Source: Candidatus Avispirillum faecium (lineage in GTDB: Bacteria; Bacillota; Clostridia; Oscillospirales; CAG-272). From it: 64,000 nucleotides of DNA. Positions 63,894 to 64,000 of this stretch are shown piece by piece. How positions within the stretch are numbered: position 1 is the first letter of the stretch; each line of letters begins with the position of its first letter. The notes beneath the pieces were generated by a model that saw only the letters and a program-made list of their open reading frames with translations, was not told where the DNA came from and searched no databases. The position numbers were made by a program, and so were the translations under genes. The stretch is from the NCBI GenBank assembly GCA_904396155.1, contig CAJFOI010000034.1, positions 16,959 through 80,958 of the forward strand. The letters are read 5' to 3'.

Positions 63894-64000
63894 ATGGCAC
63901 TTTGGGACGATATTGCAAAGAGTGCAAAGGACGCGGCTGCATACACTGTCAAGAAAACGGAAGAGCTCACGTCTATTGCGAAGATCAAAATGTCCATTCG
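63894..64000 (+). CDS. 5' end of an unidentified gene (runs off the window)
   Basis: ATG at 63894. The open frame reads MALWDDIAKSAKDAAAYTVKKTEELTSIAKIKMSI... to the end of the window. Confidence 0.4.
   Translation, partial: MALWDDIAKSAKDAAAYTVKKTEELTSIAKIKMSI

Overview
This 64-kb window is chromosomal DNA from a moderately high-GC, spore-forming Clostridia-type Firmicute. My guess is an Oscillospiraceae/Ruminococcaceae-like organism, inferred only from gene content (spoVA genes, a SleC-type cortex lytic enzyme, a dockerin protein, a V-type ATPase, a T-box). The window is almost fully coding and mostly housekeeping. On the minus strand there is a nine-gene V-type ATPase operon. The plus strand carries a heterodimeric ABC exporter pair and rpsO-pnp, followed by a VanY-type peptidase and an HtrA protease. 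Next comes a T-box-controlled aspS(-gatC fusion)-gatA-gatB operon. After that is a lacto-N-biose/galacto-N-biose locus (binding protein, two permeases, GH112 phosphorylase). The rest includes ilvBN, an ABC-2 exporter, metF-metH, ddh, tRNA-Arg(CCG), fhs-tsaE-tsaB-rpiB, and an M50 protease next to a split SleC cluster. It ends with a second aspS, a large dockerin protein and spoVAC-AD-AE. I found no transposase, integrase, phage gene, CRISPR array or recognisable defence gene.

The most unusual observations are:
1. AspRS is fused in frame to GatC. It sits behind a T-box whose best specifier reading is AAC (Asn).
2. A family of modular, hairpin-forming mosaic repeats occurs in three clusters (about 3945-4141, 24490-24975 and 30120-30628). 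The hairpins show compensatory base changes. Two clusters bracket the aspS-gatCAB cassette in direct orientation, one lies inside the T-box-to-aspS leader, and one supplies the stop codon of ntpD.
3. A promoter, 24-codon leader ORF and terminator sit upstream of ilvB, which looks like a leader-peptide attenuator.
4. A structured RNA of about 160 nt, bounded by its own promoter and terminator, lies upstream of a small membrane-protein gene.
5. The SleC-type cortex hydrolase is split into two translationally coupled ORFs near the position where the zymogen is normally cleaved.

Everything here comes from reading the sequence by eye. No database search or RNA folding was run.
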